A stretch of 64,000 nucleotides of DNA from Lingula anatina (taxonomy: Eukaryota; Animalia; Brachiopoda): assembly GCA_051362555.1 (NCBI GenBank), contig CM120644.1, positions 16,204,534 through 16,268,533 on the forward strand, read 5' to 3'. Positions 13,096 through 25,560 of the stretch are shown piece after piece (within the stretch, counting starts at the first letter, position 1; each line of letters begins with the position of its first letter). The translations under genes and the position numbers were made by a program. Under the pieces are notes generated by a model that had not been told where the DNA came from, did no database searches, and saw only the letters and a list, made by a program, of their open reading frames with translations.

Positions 13096-13736
13096 GACTG
13101 TGAAAGACATTTTTCGTGTGTTAGTTTTGAAAACAAATATTTCTGTGGAAATTAAATATGTTTTGGTACACAGGGGACATTTCCGCAAAACAGATTTCGG
13201 GGGTTTTCATAAGACAGTTTCTTTGGGGGAATGATGCTACTTACTTAGTGCTGTGGCTTTAATTTAACTTCAATTCACAGTACATAAGGGTTTTATCCTA
13301 GCAAAAATGAACAAACAGAAATATCAAAATTTCAGCAAAACGCACAAATGCCTTGCTAGAGAGCCGACTTCACGTATGGAAGAACATCTCCACCAACGGA
13401 ACGGGCGTGGACACAGTCACCGAGGAGGAATTCATCAACAACGTCCTGGCAAGCGTCAACTCGTCCATCCGCCATTACATACCCACCCACGGCAGCCGTG
13501 AGTTCGATACCATCGACCAAGATGGCGTCGGGTTTGTCTCTCTTAAGGATCATGAGCAATTCTTTTATGGAAACGCCATTCCCGTTCATTTTTCTCCGGA
13601 AATTTTCAAAGTTCTCGATGCCAACGGAGATGGGAGATTGAGCAGAGAGGAGTTCGTGCAAGGATGGGTGGATTTTCTTTTAGGTGAAGATCCTGAAAGC
13701 CCGTATCATTGTTTTCTTGGTCCATTGGTTGACTGA
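12175..13736 (+). CDS. EF-hand protein, SCP / luciferin-binding protein family, copy 2 (215 aa)
   Basis: Exons 12175-12264, 12850-13006 and 13336-13736 have the same sizes and phases as copy 1 (90/157/401 nt) and differ by only about five residues. Confidence 0.88.
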
Positions 13737-16600
13737 AACTGTACAGTAAGCATACTTCAGTTTCGCATGTTTAACATATACTCTTTTGGGAATCCGACCC
13801 TAAAACTGATTGACATTATAGCACCCTTCTTGTGAATTCATGACATATATCTTATTTTGAGCAATAAATTTGGGAACTGCTTTAACATCGGACATTTTTC
13901 CAGATTCTTTAATATTTTACAAGTATTAATTGCAAAACTGGCCAGGAAGTCACACTTCTGACATATGTTTGACATTTAAGTACATTTATAAAAATACAAC
14001 ATATCGGTATATCTTGCATACAAATAAAGATAATTATAAATAAATGAGCAAATAAATAAATAAAGAATAAAAAGCCGTGCTGTAAAGGATGTAAGATTGT
14101 TTTGTATTTGTTGCGCTCCTGACAAAAAGGAATGGGACCCTAGCTAGAAATAAACAAAGAAGTAATTGAGATAAGTTATTTTCGGGATTTATCTTATTTT
14201 GAACAAAAGTTGCTCGATTGTTGCATCTGATGGGTGATTAACACGCCTCCTCCTGACGTTGAGCAGAATACAGAAAAGCTCGTGATTAAATTAGTATTAA
14301 GTTACAAAAAAAGGAGGCGTGTTTATCTGTTAATCTGATCACATTCAGCAAGAGTCTCCGCAAAGTTAGTTCGAATTACCTAGTATGATAGTTACATTGT
14401 GAGCGTAGCCCCTTGGACGCCATCTTGGAACTCGTTGACATGCGCGGAGATTGGTGGCGAGAGACGAGCGTAGTCCAAAAAAAAAAATAATAATAAAATA
14501 AAAAAAATGTACTCCAAGCTGTCGCAACCGAGATGTACCGAATGTAACCGAATGTAACCGAATGTCGAACCGAATGTACATGTACTCTCTGGCCACAGGG
14601 TTCGTTAGTTGTCTGTTACAACATTAGTAATGTATGAGCATTATCATTAACTTTATTAATATTTGATTTGTTATATCTATTCCCATTGTTATTTTTGATT
14701 TTTGATTTAATATAAACTGCTGTCATTGAGAAATATGATGTATGGTGACAAGTAGGTCTATGGGGCAGGGGTTATAACCTTGTCACAATAGTAAAAGAAT
14801 ACTCTATGGCTTCGCCGTTCTTTGAGACTGATTTCCACAACAACTCAGCAATCAAAATGCGCCATCGTAATTTGCATAACAACAAGTCACGCATCGCAGT
14901 GCGAGCTATGCTCCTGCCTGGTCACTTGACAGCTAGACCCTGTAACAAGATGACCTGCATTGATACACGTAGGTGAAGTCAGTGAGCCAACACACTTTAT
15001 TCAGCTTTGAAGCTCGGACCCATTGTGTACATGTTTGGTAGAACCACGTGTGAGTAAAATATCTTCTACTAGCGCTTACATGATTAGAAAATGTGGCATA
15101 TGTACAATACATATGTAAGCGTACTGTATATGTCAATGCACTGCTTGCGTAAGTTTTCGCCCGAACATGTTACAATGTAGGTACCCATACCGCAGGTAAG
15201 GCCTCAAGTCGCCTGTTTCAGACTGTAGTTGTTATAAATATCAACATCAAAACTTATGTGTCCTCCGTCGGTTCTTGTAGTGCATGGCTCCCATTTATGT
15301 GCAGTAAGGTTACCTATTGCATGTAAGGCCGAAAACTGAGGCATTTATGTGCGGCAAGTGTTAGGATAATTTACATAGATCTCTCCTGTTGTGCTTTTAG
15401 TTTGATATTACTTGTGTGTGTTTGTCAGAAACTCGTTTAATTGTAAAGTTTATGGAATGGGTTGAATATAATCTTTGTCGTTTATAATTAATATGTTCTT
15501 TCAATTGTCTGTCTTAGTTCAAATAGTATTGCATTTTGAAATCGTAATTAAAACTCTACTTTGATATTTCAGAACTGCCAACTCTGCGGTGATCCTGCAA
15601 AATACACGTGCGTCTGACTGCCTCTCTCCAATTTCATTTTTTTGTGCATTGGTGTAATTACTTAAGGGTTAAAATGTCACTATGAATTTTCAAAGTATTT
15701 GTGTATCACAACTTTCAAACTTAAAGGTAGTAGTGCAATTTTCACAATGTTGCAGGTTAAAGTTAGGGTAATTGATTGATTTACTTAGTTAACATTTATT
15801 TTTGAATTAAAATTTATATTGAAGGATTCATTTTTATTTTCAACATTTGTAATGAGATTGAATGACGAGAAATTTATTATTGCTTTTTTGTATTCGATCT
15901 TAAAGACACAGAAGTCAAAGTAATATTAATGAAAAGCTCTATCTGAAAATATTTTGCACCTTCAAATTAAAGAAAAAAGAAATAATATAATTAATTTTGT
16001 GATAATATGTGTTGCAATTGAAAGTGTTTTTGTGTTAAGATAAGTTTAGAAAGCTAGGGTGAAGTATATCACAAAATATATATAAATTATAGATCTGACA
16101 ATTTAAAAAATGTATCGCCCCCTGGCCTATCCCGTTTACTGCACTATTATATGGATACACTATATACAGGACAAATAATACTTTCAAATGTCCATGGCAA
16201 AACTGACATAATTTCCTTCCCCTGAATTTTTAATTTAGCTCGACACCATTTTCAGATATTTGTTTATTGGTTTCTATAAGTAAAAAGCATGAATGTTGGT
16301 ACTGAAATCTCAGTACAAATAGAGAAAGCATTTGGAGGAAGCTCCAATGCAAACCGAAACCACGCTTCCCAAATGTCAATAATTCATATTTTATTATATT
16401 ATTTGATTAAAGTCTATGCCAATCTAAGTGTATATGCATTTATCTTTATTATATTTTTTCACCATTATTTTCTGTTGCCTAAGATGTCTCAAATAAAAAA
16501 AAAAATATTAGAATGACTATGTTTTATAGTTTGTGTTGATTGTGTGACTGCATTGATATGGGAGACAGTTTAAACGAAGGGGGGTTAGTCCATTAAATTT

Positions 16601-17145
16601 GAGGGATGACAGGTGGGGCGAGTCTATTCCATGTGAGGGGTGACAGGTGGGTCGAGTCCATTAAATTTGAGGGGTGACAGGTGGGGTGAGTCTATTCCAT
16701 TTGAGGGGTAACAGGTGGGTCGAGTCCATTAAATTTGAGGGATGACAGGTGGGGCGAGTCTATTCCATGTGAGGGGTGACAGGTGGGTCGAGTCCATTAA
16801 ATTTGAGGGGTGACAGGTGGGGTGAGTCTATTCCATTTGAGGGGTGACAGGTGGGTCGAGTCCATTAAATTTGAGGGGTAACAGGTGGGGTGAGTCTATT
16901 CCATTTGAGGGGTGACAGGTGGGTAGAGTCCATTAAATTTGAGGGGTGATAGGTGGGGTGAGTCTATTCCATTTGAGGGGTGTCAGGTGGGTCGAGTCAA
17001 TTCCATTTGAGGGGTGACAGGTGGGTCGAGTCCATTAAATTTGAGGGGTGTTAGGTGGGTTGAGTTCATTTGATTGGAGGGGTTACAGGTGGGGCGAGTC
17101 TATTCCATGTGAGGGGTGACAGGTGGGGCGAGTCTACTAAATTTA
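16601..17145. repeat. 34-bp G-rich minisatellite, ~16 units, alternating variants (68-bp higher-order period)
   Basis: GAGGGGTGACAGGTGGGTCGAGTCCATTAAATTT alternates with GAGGGGTGACAGGTGGGG(T/C)GAGTCTATTCCAT(T/G)T. Confidence 0.92.
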
Positions 17146-17859
17146 AGTGTGGCAAGACCATTTAGTTTGAGTTGTGCATGCAAGTAAAACCATCCCCAAA
17201 TTATATTATATTATATTGCCGATTAGCTATATTAAAACGCATTTGATTTTTAAAAACGTGTCAGCAAAGATTTGAGAGGATATAAACTTGTATCATGCAG
17301 AAACGGACATTTATTTATTGGTCTCAAAATTTTCTTTTGCACAATTTTATAAAAATGTAATCTTTTTATCTGCACATTCGGGACTTTGTGGAAATAACTA
17401 AATCTAGGTATTAAAATTAACTTAAAGGATCTATATATTTCTAATATAATTATAAATAAGACCATTTCAAATATATCCGAATATACAGACCTAAGCAAAT
17501 TTCAACTGTTGCCATTTCAAAAATGTGTCAGGATCTTTTAACTTTCTCTTTTTTCCGTTTAAATTTAAAACTGAAGTATTCATTTGATGAGAAGGTCGTG
17601 AAATTTAAATAAATTTTCTGTAGCATAAACCAAAATCCTTTATTAAACAAAGAAAAAATATCCAAGCTAATTTATTCCAAGAGATAAAAAACTGTCTAAT
17701 TGCAGAATAAAATGTAGAATAGATTTTCAAAATGAAAATTAAATTTGAAAGTGCTCGGACAGTAATTATATCTTTTTCTTTAATTTTACCCCTTTCCCTT
17801 TATTATTATTACTATTTTTATCATCATAATTTCATATCAAAGTGAAAAAAACACGGAAT

Positions 17860-18910
17860 TACAAACGTATTTATTCAGCTTTAATACAAGAAATGCATGA
17901 ATGTCCGCAGGGTTTCAGGACATGAATGAAAGGCTTGGTTGCTAGTAGGCGGTTGTCGTGCAGTGCTCAGTATCTCAGTGGATCTCTGAAAGGAAAAAAA
18001 ATAATGTTAACAATATCTGTCTAAACGGACAGGCATCAACGCGAAAAGGGCACTGTAAATGATATGGGTGTTCACTTACTTGTCCGATATTCAGGCTCAG
18101 ATAGCACCCCAAAAAGGCAAACGATATCGAGGTGGCCTTACGCCAAAATTAAGATCTGAAGTTAACCATCAATATATTTGAGATATCTTGCTCTGAAAAG
18201 AATTTACCATTGAAAACATTTTTTCGTGGAGGCAATAACAAGGACTTAAATTTATTTTACCTACTATTTAATGTAGTAATATCTAAAATCGTTATGTATT
18301 ACGCCTTTAGGGGCCATGTTTAGTTTTATAATGAATCGTTCCTCGTATTTCAACACTGCTTACAAAAAATTACAAGTACATGCATAATAAAATTAACAAA
18401 CCTTCAAAACTGATTTTAAATTGATAAAAAATGAAACCTCAAAGAGACAATAGAACGCTAAGATAATTCAAATCAAAAGTTTTTCTTTTTAAATTATCGC
18501 CTTTGTCGTAAGGGACACGTTTGAATTTCTGATAAACTTTGGTCATAAAATTAATGTACGCATTGATTGGGCACTCTTGTCTTTGGATCAATAGCTCAGA
18601 ATTGTGACAATTACGCTATAACATCTAAATTCGTTCGTGATTCTTGCTGATATGCTTGCTTTTTCGCAGTATTCTGAGTGACACAAAAGAAACGACAGGC
18701 AATATATAACAAAGAATCGTAATATAAATACTTGTCGTAAATTTTCTTGCATTCTTCTACGCTTTTCTATCTACTGAAAGAGTTTACTGAAGAAAAAGTG
18801 ATACTTACGAAACATGCATTTACTTCTACGCCTCATAAAAGCTCGTCCTTGCGACTGCACCACAAGTGCTGTTGCGTCTTCTCTCTGCTGTGTCCTACTT
18901 CCTACTGAGC
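17860..18910 (-). ncRNA. Putative spliced non-coding transcript (2 exons: ~18910-18809 and 17985-~17860)
   Basis: On the minus strand there is a donor TTTC|gtaagt at 18809/18808, an acceptor tttcctttcag| at 17986/17985 and AATAAA at ~17875-17870. Only very short ORFs are present. There is no expression evidence. Confidence 0.3.
18085..18612 (-). repeat. Dispersed ~530-bp repeat, inverted relative to copies at ~22965-23495 and ~25820-26350
   Basis: For example, ggctcagatagcaccccaaaaaggcaa...aattaagatctgaagttaa is the reverse complement of ~23418-23490. Confidence 0.7.
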
Positions 18911-19281
18911 ATTCGGGAAGACAGCTCGCACTACGATGAGCAACTTATTGTTATGCAAATTACAAACAGGTGTGGCTCATTTTAGGTGAGGGGTTGTGGC
19001 TGAATCTGTTCACGAATGTTCACGGTCAAATACATGTACAGGTAGATTTGATTGAGGTCCACTTGTTAAAATACACCACTTTATTCCACAAATATTGTCC
19101 ATGCGTCTTCCATCATACTTTTTCATATTTTTTAAACATTACTTCCACAAAACTCAACACCAGGGAAAGAGGGTGAAAGTTGATATTTTTGATTGAAAAA
19201 TGGGCGTATCTATAATCCTGTTGTTGACATAATGGAATGGATAAATCCTAGTTCTGTTCGGATCCAAGTGCCACAAGCAAA

Positions 19282-19332
<51 letters not shown>

Positions 19333-20045
19333 GCATCGAGAAACCTATGTCCCATCATGTACATGTAAAGGGCCAAACAATACGAATTACGATATTTTAT
19401 AGCAATAATGAATCTAATCGGTAGAAATAGTTATGGATCAAACAAGACAGGCCCTTTCTAATTAACTGGCCATTGTCGGGACAACATGATAACATCTTTG
19501 CTCAGCGGAGTTTTATCTGTCTGTCATGAAAAAGTACACAAGGTTTAACTTTTTATGCTATTCGTTCTAAACGTTCTATGTCTAAATCAATATTTCCAAT
19601 AGTTTTATGGAGTTTTTAATTTTCTTGGATTTTAACAGGAAGCATATCTATCTGTATTTGTGGATTTATAGGCACGTTACATGTATGTTATGAAACACGT
19701 CTGTCGGGACGTGTATCTATCCAGACTTATTTGTATAGAGCTGGGCCCAGGGGAATTGACCTATCTCTGTATCCTCTACCACAATAGGGACACTTATCCA
19801 GACCTCTTCTAAAACAATAGGGACTTCAATGCAGATGTACTCTAACAGAATGGGGACATTTATGCAGATCTCAACACAAGGGGCACTTGTGGAGATATTC
19901 TCTAAAACAGTGGGGACACTTCTGCAGCTTCCCTCTAACACAATCTTAGGTATAACAATGAAGTGATCGGTTACTGCACAGTTTGCGTGGGCATTCCATT
20001 GTCACTTCTTATGATGGACGCAATAATAACATTTAAATATTCTAA

Positions 20046-20237
20046 GGGTGTGTTCACATTGAAACTATCGTCCTAGGTCGATTGATCCAACTCTGGCTAA
20101 GCACTCGAAGGTTAATCCCCCTCTAGGTGCTTGAGATGACGTGTTATTCAATCTGAATCTGTTTGCGAGATTCAGCGAGTGTCCTCCCAGCTTTGGATCG
20201 ATCTACCTGGTACGTTAGCGTAATTGTGAACACACCC
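20046..20237. mobile_element. MITE with GGGTGTGTTCACA...TGTGAACACACCC TIRs (Harbinger-like)
   Basis: 13-bp perfect TIR; flanked by TAA and TAT. Confidence 0.7.
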
Positions 20238-20320
20238 TATAACGTCTATCTCATTTGCCGACGTGCAGTTAATCTATACCGGTGCCAGAATGAGTTATCT
20301 CTATGTCCCTCTGTCTATGG

Positions 20321-20559
20321 GACCATTCCCTCAGATATTTGGATCGATCTAACTCCCTGGGGAGTCTCACTAAATTGCTATCAACGTTACCAGCTTAAAT
20401 GTCCGTCATGCCTAGTAAAGCTGTTAGGGGGACTTATCTTCACCCCCTAGCTGATTCGGTAGGCATGACAGACATTTAAGCCTCTTGAGCTGATAGCAAT
20501 TTAGCGTGAACCCCAAGGGAGTTAGATCGATCCATCTGGATCGATCTAAGTATGAGAAC
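20321..20559. mobile_element. Fold-back MITE related to family A
   Basis: Inverted arms GGATCGATCTAACTCCC / GGGAGTTAGATCGATCC and an internal palindromic core like family A. Confidence 0.65.
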
Positions 20560-21340
20560 TATCATCCCAGCATCATGACTCGCCCCCACCCACCAACTGC
20601 TAAACGATAGTAAATTACCGCTTAAGCTTAAGCAAAAGGTAATTTAGTGAGAAATCCCTCTATCTTTATAAAAAAAATCCTGCTAGATCGATCTAGGTAT
20701 GGGAATGGGCTCTTAGTTGTCGGTTACAAAATTACTGTATGTGTACTTTAATTTTGTCTACCATGTTAGAAGCCCCTGATATCAGATGGTAATGTAAGTG
20801 AGGGTAAGGTTGTATTTGATGGATGACAAAAGCAAAGAATGACTGAGAATTGTAAGAGTACACCGTACCAAAAGTCATCGTTCGCCCTCTAAAATACCCA
20901 ATTTTTTCGTGGGCCCCGAACCCCACGACAACGGGGGTAGGGGTGGTGGGGAGTCAGCTTCGCATCCGCAGACCCCCCTTCAAATAATCCTGGATACGTC
21001 CCTGCGATCTCACCCTTTTGTAAAAAGACTAACCTTGAAAATAATTCAAATAAATGCGGGTATTTGTCTGAACGAGAATACGCCATTCCTTTTTTACATT
21101 ATGTAGCTGCTTTTGTTTCAGACGAAAATGTAACCTGCATATTGGGACATTGGAACACATTTCCAAGAAAAGAGGATGAAGCGCTTTGTATTTTTAGTCG
21201 CATAATATTGCGTCATTATACTGGTAGACGCGTGGCTTATTCCTGAGCCAAACTTATAAAGGACTTATGATAACGAAAGCTGTAGCATAACAGTTTCAAC
21301 TGAAAAGTTTACTAGTCTGTTTTAACAAGACAGAGAAGAA

Positions 21341-21520
21341 ATGTTTCGAATTCTATCTTCCTTGCAAAAACGTACAGTGTACTTTCTGCCAAGGAGAGGC
21401 CTGATGAGCACAGCAATTCAACCGAAGAAGGTGAGCGAATATTAAGTGCTGTTCTTAAATATATTTAATCGTGATTAAAAAAGATTAAAAACTAGATTAA
21501 AATACAGAAATAAACACACA

Positions 21521-21551
<31 letters not shown>

Positions 21552-22700
21552 CGCACGCGGATTCTACAAGAAAAGGTAGCATGGTGCTCTACAAACAATC
21601 ACATTGTTACATGGTTAATTTATAAAAAATACCAAATATATCTAGATATTATATGCGCGTTGCATTAAGGGTGTTTTTTTAAACATAGAAACATTTAAAA
21701 ATCATAAAAACCAAGAGAGTGAAAAAGCTAGATGATAATAGTACAGTCAAAAAGTCAAAAATAAATTTCTAGATTTTCCATTTTTTGTCAAGATATTACA
21801 CTCATGTAGAAATTGTCTTCGACATAATAAATTTCAATTTCAAATTTTGTTTTGAGATAAGAAAGAAGAGACAGGGATACTATACGTACGTGTAATTTAA
21901 GGCCTGGAAGAAAGTCCAAACATTACACCTTTTCTTTGTAAAAAGTATAATTCGTTTGTTCCATTTGTTACTAATCAAGCGTTTCGTACCTTCCCAGGTG
22001 ATTTTAATTCTATTGCCACGCAGAAAATATGGCGAACAATTTCACTCTCAGCTCCACAAAAAGAGAAATTCTTTGACAATGAAGTAAAGATTTATTCCAG
22101 TATGACTTCACAACGTAAAACCTGGTATATAACGCTGACAGAAGTATCAGTGCGTACACGCCTAGAGTAGCACATTCTTTCAACTTTATTAAAGGGCTCG
22201 TTCCCATTGAGACTAAAGGTCTACGTACGATAAGCTCGATCCAACTCCCCGGAGACTTTCGCGATATGCCGTCAGTGTTGCAGTTTAACACTTGAGTAGA
22301 ATACAGAAAAGCCGATGATCACGACTGCTTTGAAACAAAAGGGTGCGTTTTAATGTGTTAAACTGATCGCACTCAGAGAGAGTCCCTGCGGAGTTGGATC
22401 GATCTAGGGAGACCGATAATTTCAATGGAAATGAGTCCATAATCTATTTTTATATAGATACCGACTGCCAAGCCTGAGGTAAAAGGATCGGAAGCGTGGA
22501 GACGACAGATCCCTACAGGTACCGGGACACGATGTGGGAATCTTGATTCCGCTGGTGACGGCTTTGTGGCGGCAAATTGGGGAACCTTCATCAAAGGCAC
22601 ATAGTCGGTCGGCGTGAAGATGCATAAAGCTCGAATTATCGTTTTCATAGACTTTGGTTGAGAGAAATTCCAAAGTTTTCTTCAATTTTGCCTGATATGA
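21341..22700 (+). pseudogene. Internally deleted SCP-like EF-hand gene copy A (intact presequence exon; spliced ORF 78 aa)
   Basis: Exon 21341-21430 reads MFRILSSLQKRTVYFLPRRGLMSTAIQPKK|gtgagc. Exon 22458-22604 reads IPTAKPEVKGSEAWRRQIPTGTGTRCGNLDSAGDGFVAANWGTFIKGT*. A remnant of the parental stop region and 3'UTR follows. Confidence 0.75.
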
Positions 22701-24235
22701 CATTATCTGAAATCACCTTGCTAAGTGTACATGTACGTAGCATGTGCAAGAATCACCATTTTGAGAATCCGACTCTGATTCAAAGATAATAAAACTAAAA
22801 GGACACTCTAATCCATCCTTTTCGTGAATTGTTAGACTGTATATTCCTTTGAGCAAAAGAAAATAACATCTTTGCGGCTGGTTTTCTGGTAAAACAGACT
22901 AAATATAATACTTATTAGCATATTAGCAAGGATCACGTACTAATCTAGATGTTAATACCGTATTTGTCACAGTTCTGAGCTTTTGATCCAATGACAAGTG
23001 TGCCCCATCAACGTGTACATCAATTTTATGCTCAAAGTTTATCAGAAATTCAAACGTCCCCCTTGACGACAATGGCGATAGTTTAAAAAGAAATAAAATA
23101 ACCCTTTTGAATAATCTTGTGGTTACTTTTGCCTCATTGAGGTTTAATTTTTTATCAATTTAAAATCAGTTTTGAAGGTTTGTTTATTTTATTATACATG
23201 TACTTGTAAAATATTTGTAAGCAGTGTTGAAATACGGGGAATGATTTATAATAAAACAAAATATGGCCCCTAAACTCGTATTGCATAACGATTTTAGATG
23301 TTACAACATTAAATAGTAGGTAAAATAAATTAACGTCCCTTGTTACCTACTCAAATTATAGAAGTGTTTTCCATGTTAATTCTTTTCAAAGCAAGAAATG
23401 TCAATTATCTATATCATTAACTTCAGATCTTAATTTTGGCGTAAGGCAACCTAGATATCGATTGCCTTTTTGGGGGTGCTATCTGAGCCTCAACATCAGT
23501 AAACACCCACATCGTTTCAAGCAAAAGGTAATTTAGTGAGAAACCCCTCGGAAATGGGTCGATCCTGCTAGATCGATCTAGGTATGGGAATGGAGTCTTA
23601 GTTGTCGGTTACAAAATTATTGTATGTGTACTTTAATTTTGTCTACCATGTTAGAGGCCCCTGATATCAGATAATAATGTAAATGAGGGTAAGGTTGTAA
23701 TTGATGGATGACAAAAGCAAAGAACGACTGTAAACCGTACCAAAAGGCACCGCTCGCCCTCTAAAATACCGAAATCTAAAGGGCCCCGAACTCCACGACA
23801 ACGAGGCGCGGGGGTGGGGGTGGGTCGGCTTCGCATTGGCAGACCCCCCCCCCCCCCCTTCAAATAATCCTGGATCCGACCCTGGAATCCCACCCTGGAA
23901 TCCCACCCTTTTGTAAAGAGACTAACCTTGAATATAATTTAAATAAATGCGGGTATTTGTCTGAACGAGAATACTCCATTCCTATTTTACATTATGTAGC
24001 TGCTTTTGTTTCAGACGGAGATGTAACCTGCATTCTGGAACATTGGAAAACATTTCCAAGAAAAGAGAATGAAGCGCTTTGTATTTTTTAGTCGCATAAT
24101 ATTGCGTCATTATACCGGTAGACGCGTGGCTTATTCCTGAGAGAGACTTATAAAGGACTTGTGATAACGAAAGCTGTAGCATAACAGTTTTAACTTAAAA
24201 GTTTACTAGTCTGTTTTTGACAAGACGGAGAAGAA

Positions 24236-25560
24236 ATGTTTCGAATTCTATTTTCCTTGCAAAAAACTTCGGTGTACTTTCTGCCAAGGAGAGGCCTGAT
24301 GAGCACAGCAATTCAACCTAAGAAGGTGAGAGAATATTAGGTGCTGTTCTTAAATATATCTAATCGTGATTAAAAAAGATTAAATACTAGATTGAAATAC
24401 AGAAATAAACACACACAGGTGGATTTTACAAGAAAGGGTAGCTTTGTACTATACAACACTCACATTGTTACATGGTTAATTTAATGATAATGAATAAATC
24501 TAGATATTAAATGCTCGTTGCATTAAGGGTGTTTTTAAAAATAAAAACATTTAAAAAATCATAAAAACCAAGAGCGTGAAGAAGCTAGATGATGGTAAGA
24601 CGTACAGTCAAAAAGTCAAAAAATAAATTTCTAGATTTTCCATTTTTTTCTGCCTAGAAATTACACCAATGTAGAAGATTTATTTTTGGCAGAATAGATT
24701 CCTGCTTCAAATTTTATTTTGAGATAAGAAAGAAGAGATAGGGATATTATACGCACATGTAATGTAAGGCCTGGAAGCGTTGTTTAGAAACTCCGGACAT
24801 TACGCCTTTTATTTGTAGAAAGTGAAATTCTTTTGTTCCATTTGTTACTAATCAAGCGTTCCATACCTTCCCAGATGATTGTAATTCTATTGCCACGCAG
24901 AAAATATGGCGAACAATTTCACTCTCAGCTCCACAAAAAGAGCAATTCTTTGACCTTGCAATAAAAATTTATTCCAGTATGACTTCACAACGTATAACCT
25001 GGTATATAACGCTGACAGAAGTATCAGTGCGTACACGCCTAGAGTAGCACATTCTTTCAACTATAGTAAAGGGCTCGTTCCCATTGAGACTATAGGTCTA
25101 CGTACGATAAGCTCGATCCAACTCCCCGGAGACTTTCACGATATGCCGTCAGTGTTGCAGTTTAACACTTGAGTAGAATACAGAAAAGCCGATGATTACA
25201 CGACTGCTTTGAAACAAAAAGATGCGTTTTATTGTGTTAAACTGATCGCACTCAGAGAGAGTCCCTGCGGAGTTGGATCGATCTAGGGAGACCGATAGTT
25301 TCAATGGGAATGAGCTCATAATCTATTTTTATACAGATACCGACTGCCAACCCTGAGGTAAAAGGATCCCTACAGGTACCGGGACACGATGTGGGAATCT
25401 TGATTCCGCTGGTGACGGCTTTGTGGCGGCAAATTGGGGAACCTTCATCAAAGGCACATAACCGATCGGCGTGAAGATCCAGCAAGCCCGTATTGTGGTT
25501 TTCATGGACTTTGGTTGACTGAAATTCAGAAGTGTTCTTCAATTTTGCCTGATATAACAT
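24236..25560 (+). pseudogene. Internally deleted SCP-like copy B (22-nt frameshifting deletion in exon 2)
   Basis: Exon 24236-24325 is intact. The exon from 25337 lacks ggaagcgtggagacgacagatc (deleted between GATC repeats). The parental 3' end gaagatcc...aagcccgtat...ttggttgactgaaa survives at ~25473-25524. Confidence 0.8.

Noticed and set aside
10124-13736. Calling the EF-hand genes aequorin/obelin-type photoproteins
   Set aside because: The fold family is shared, but the photoprotein C-terminal His/Trp/Tyr residues are not evident and the termini are SCP-like.
16601-17145. Regular ~34-bp repeats as a CRISPR array
   Set aside because: There are no unique spacers and no cas genes, and the context is eukaryotic; it is a minisatellite.
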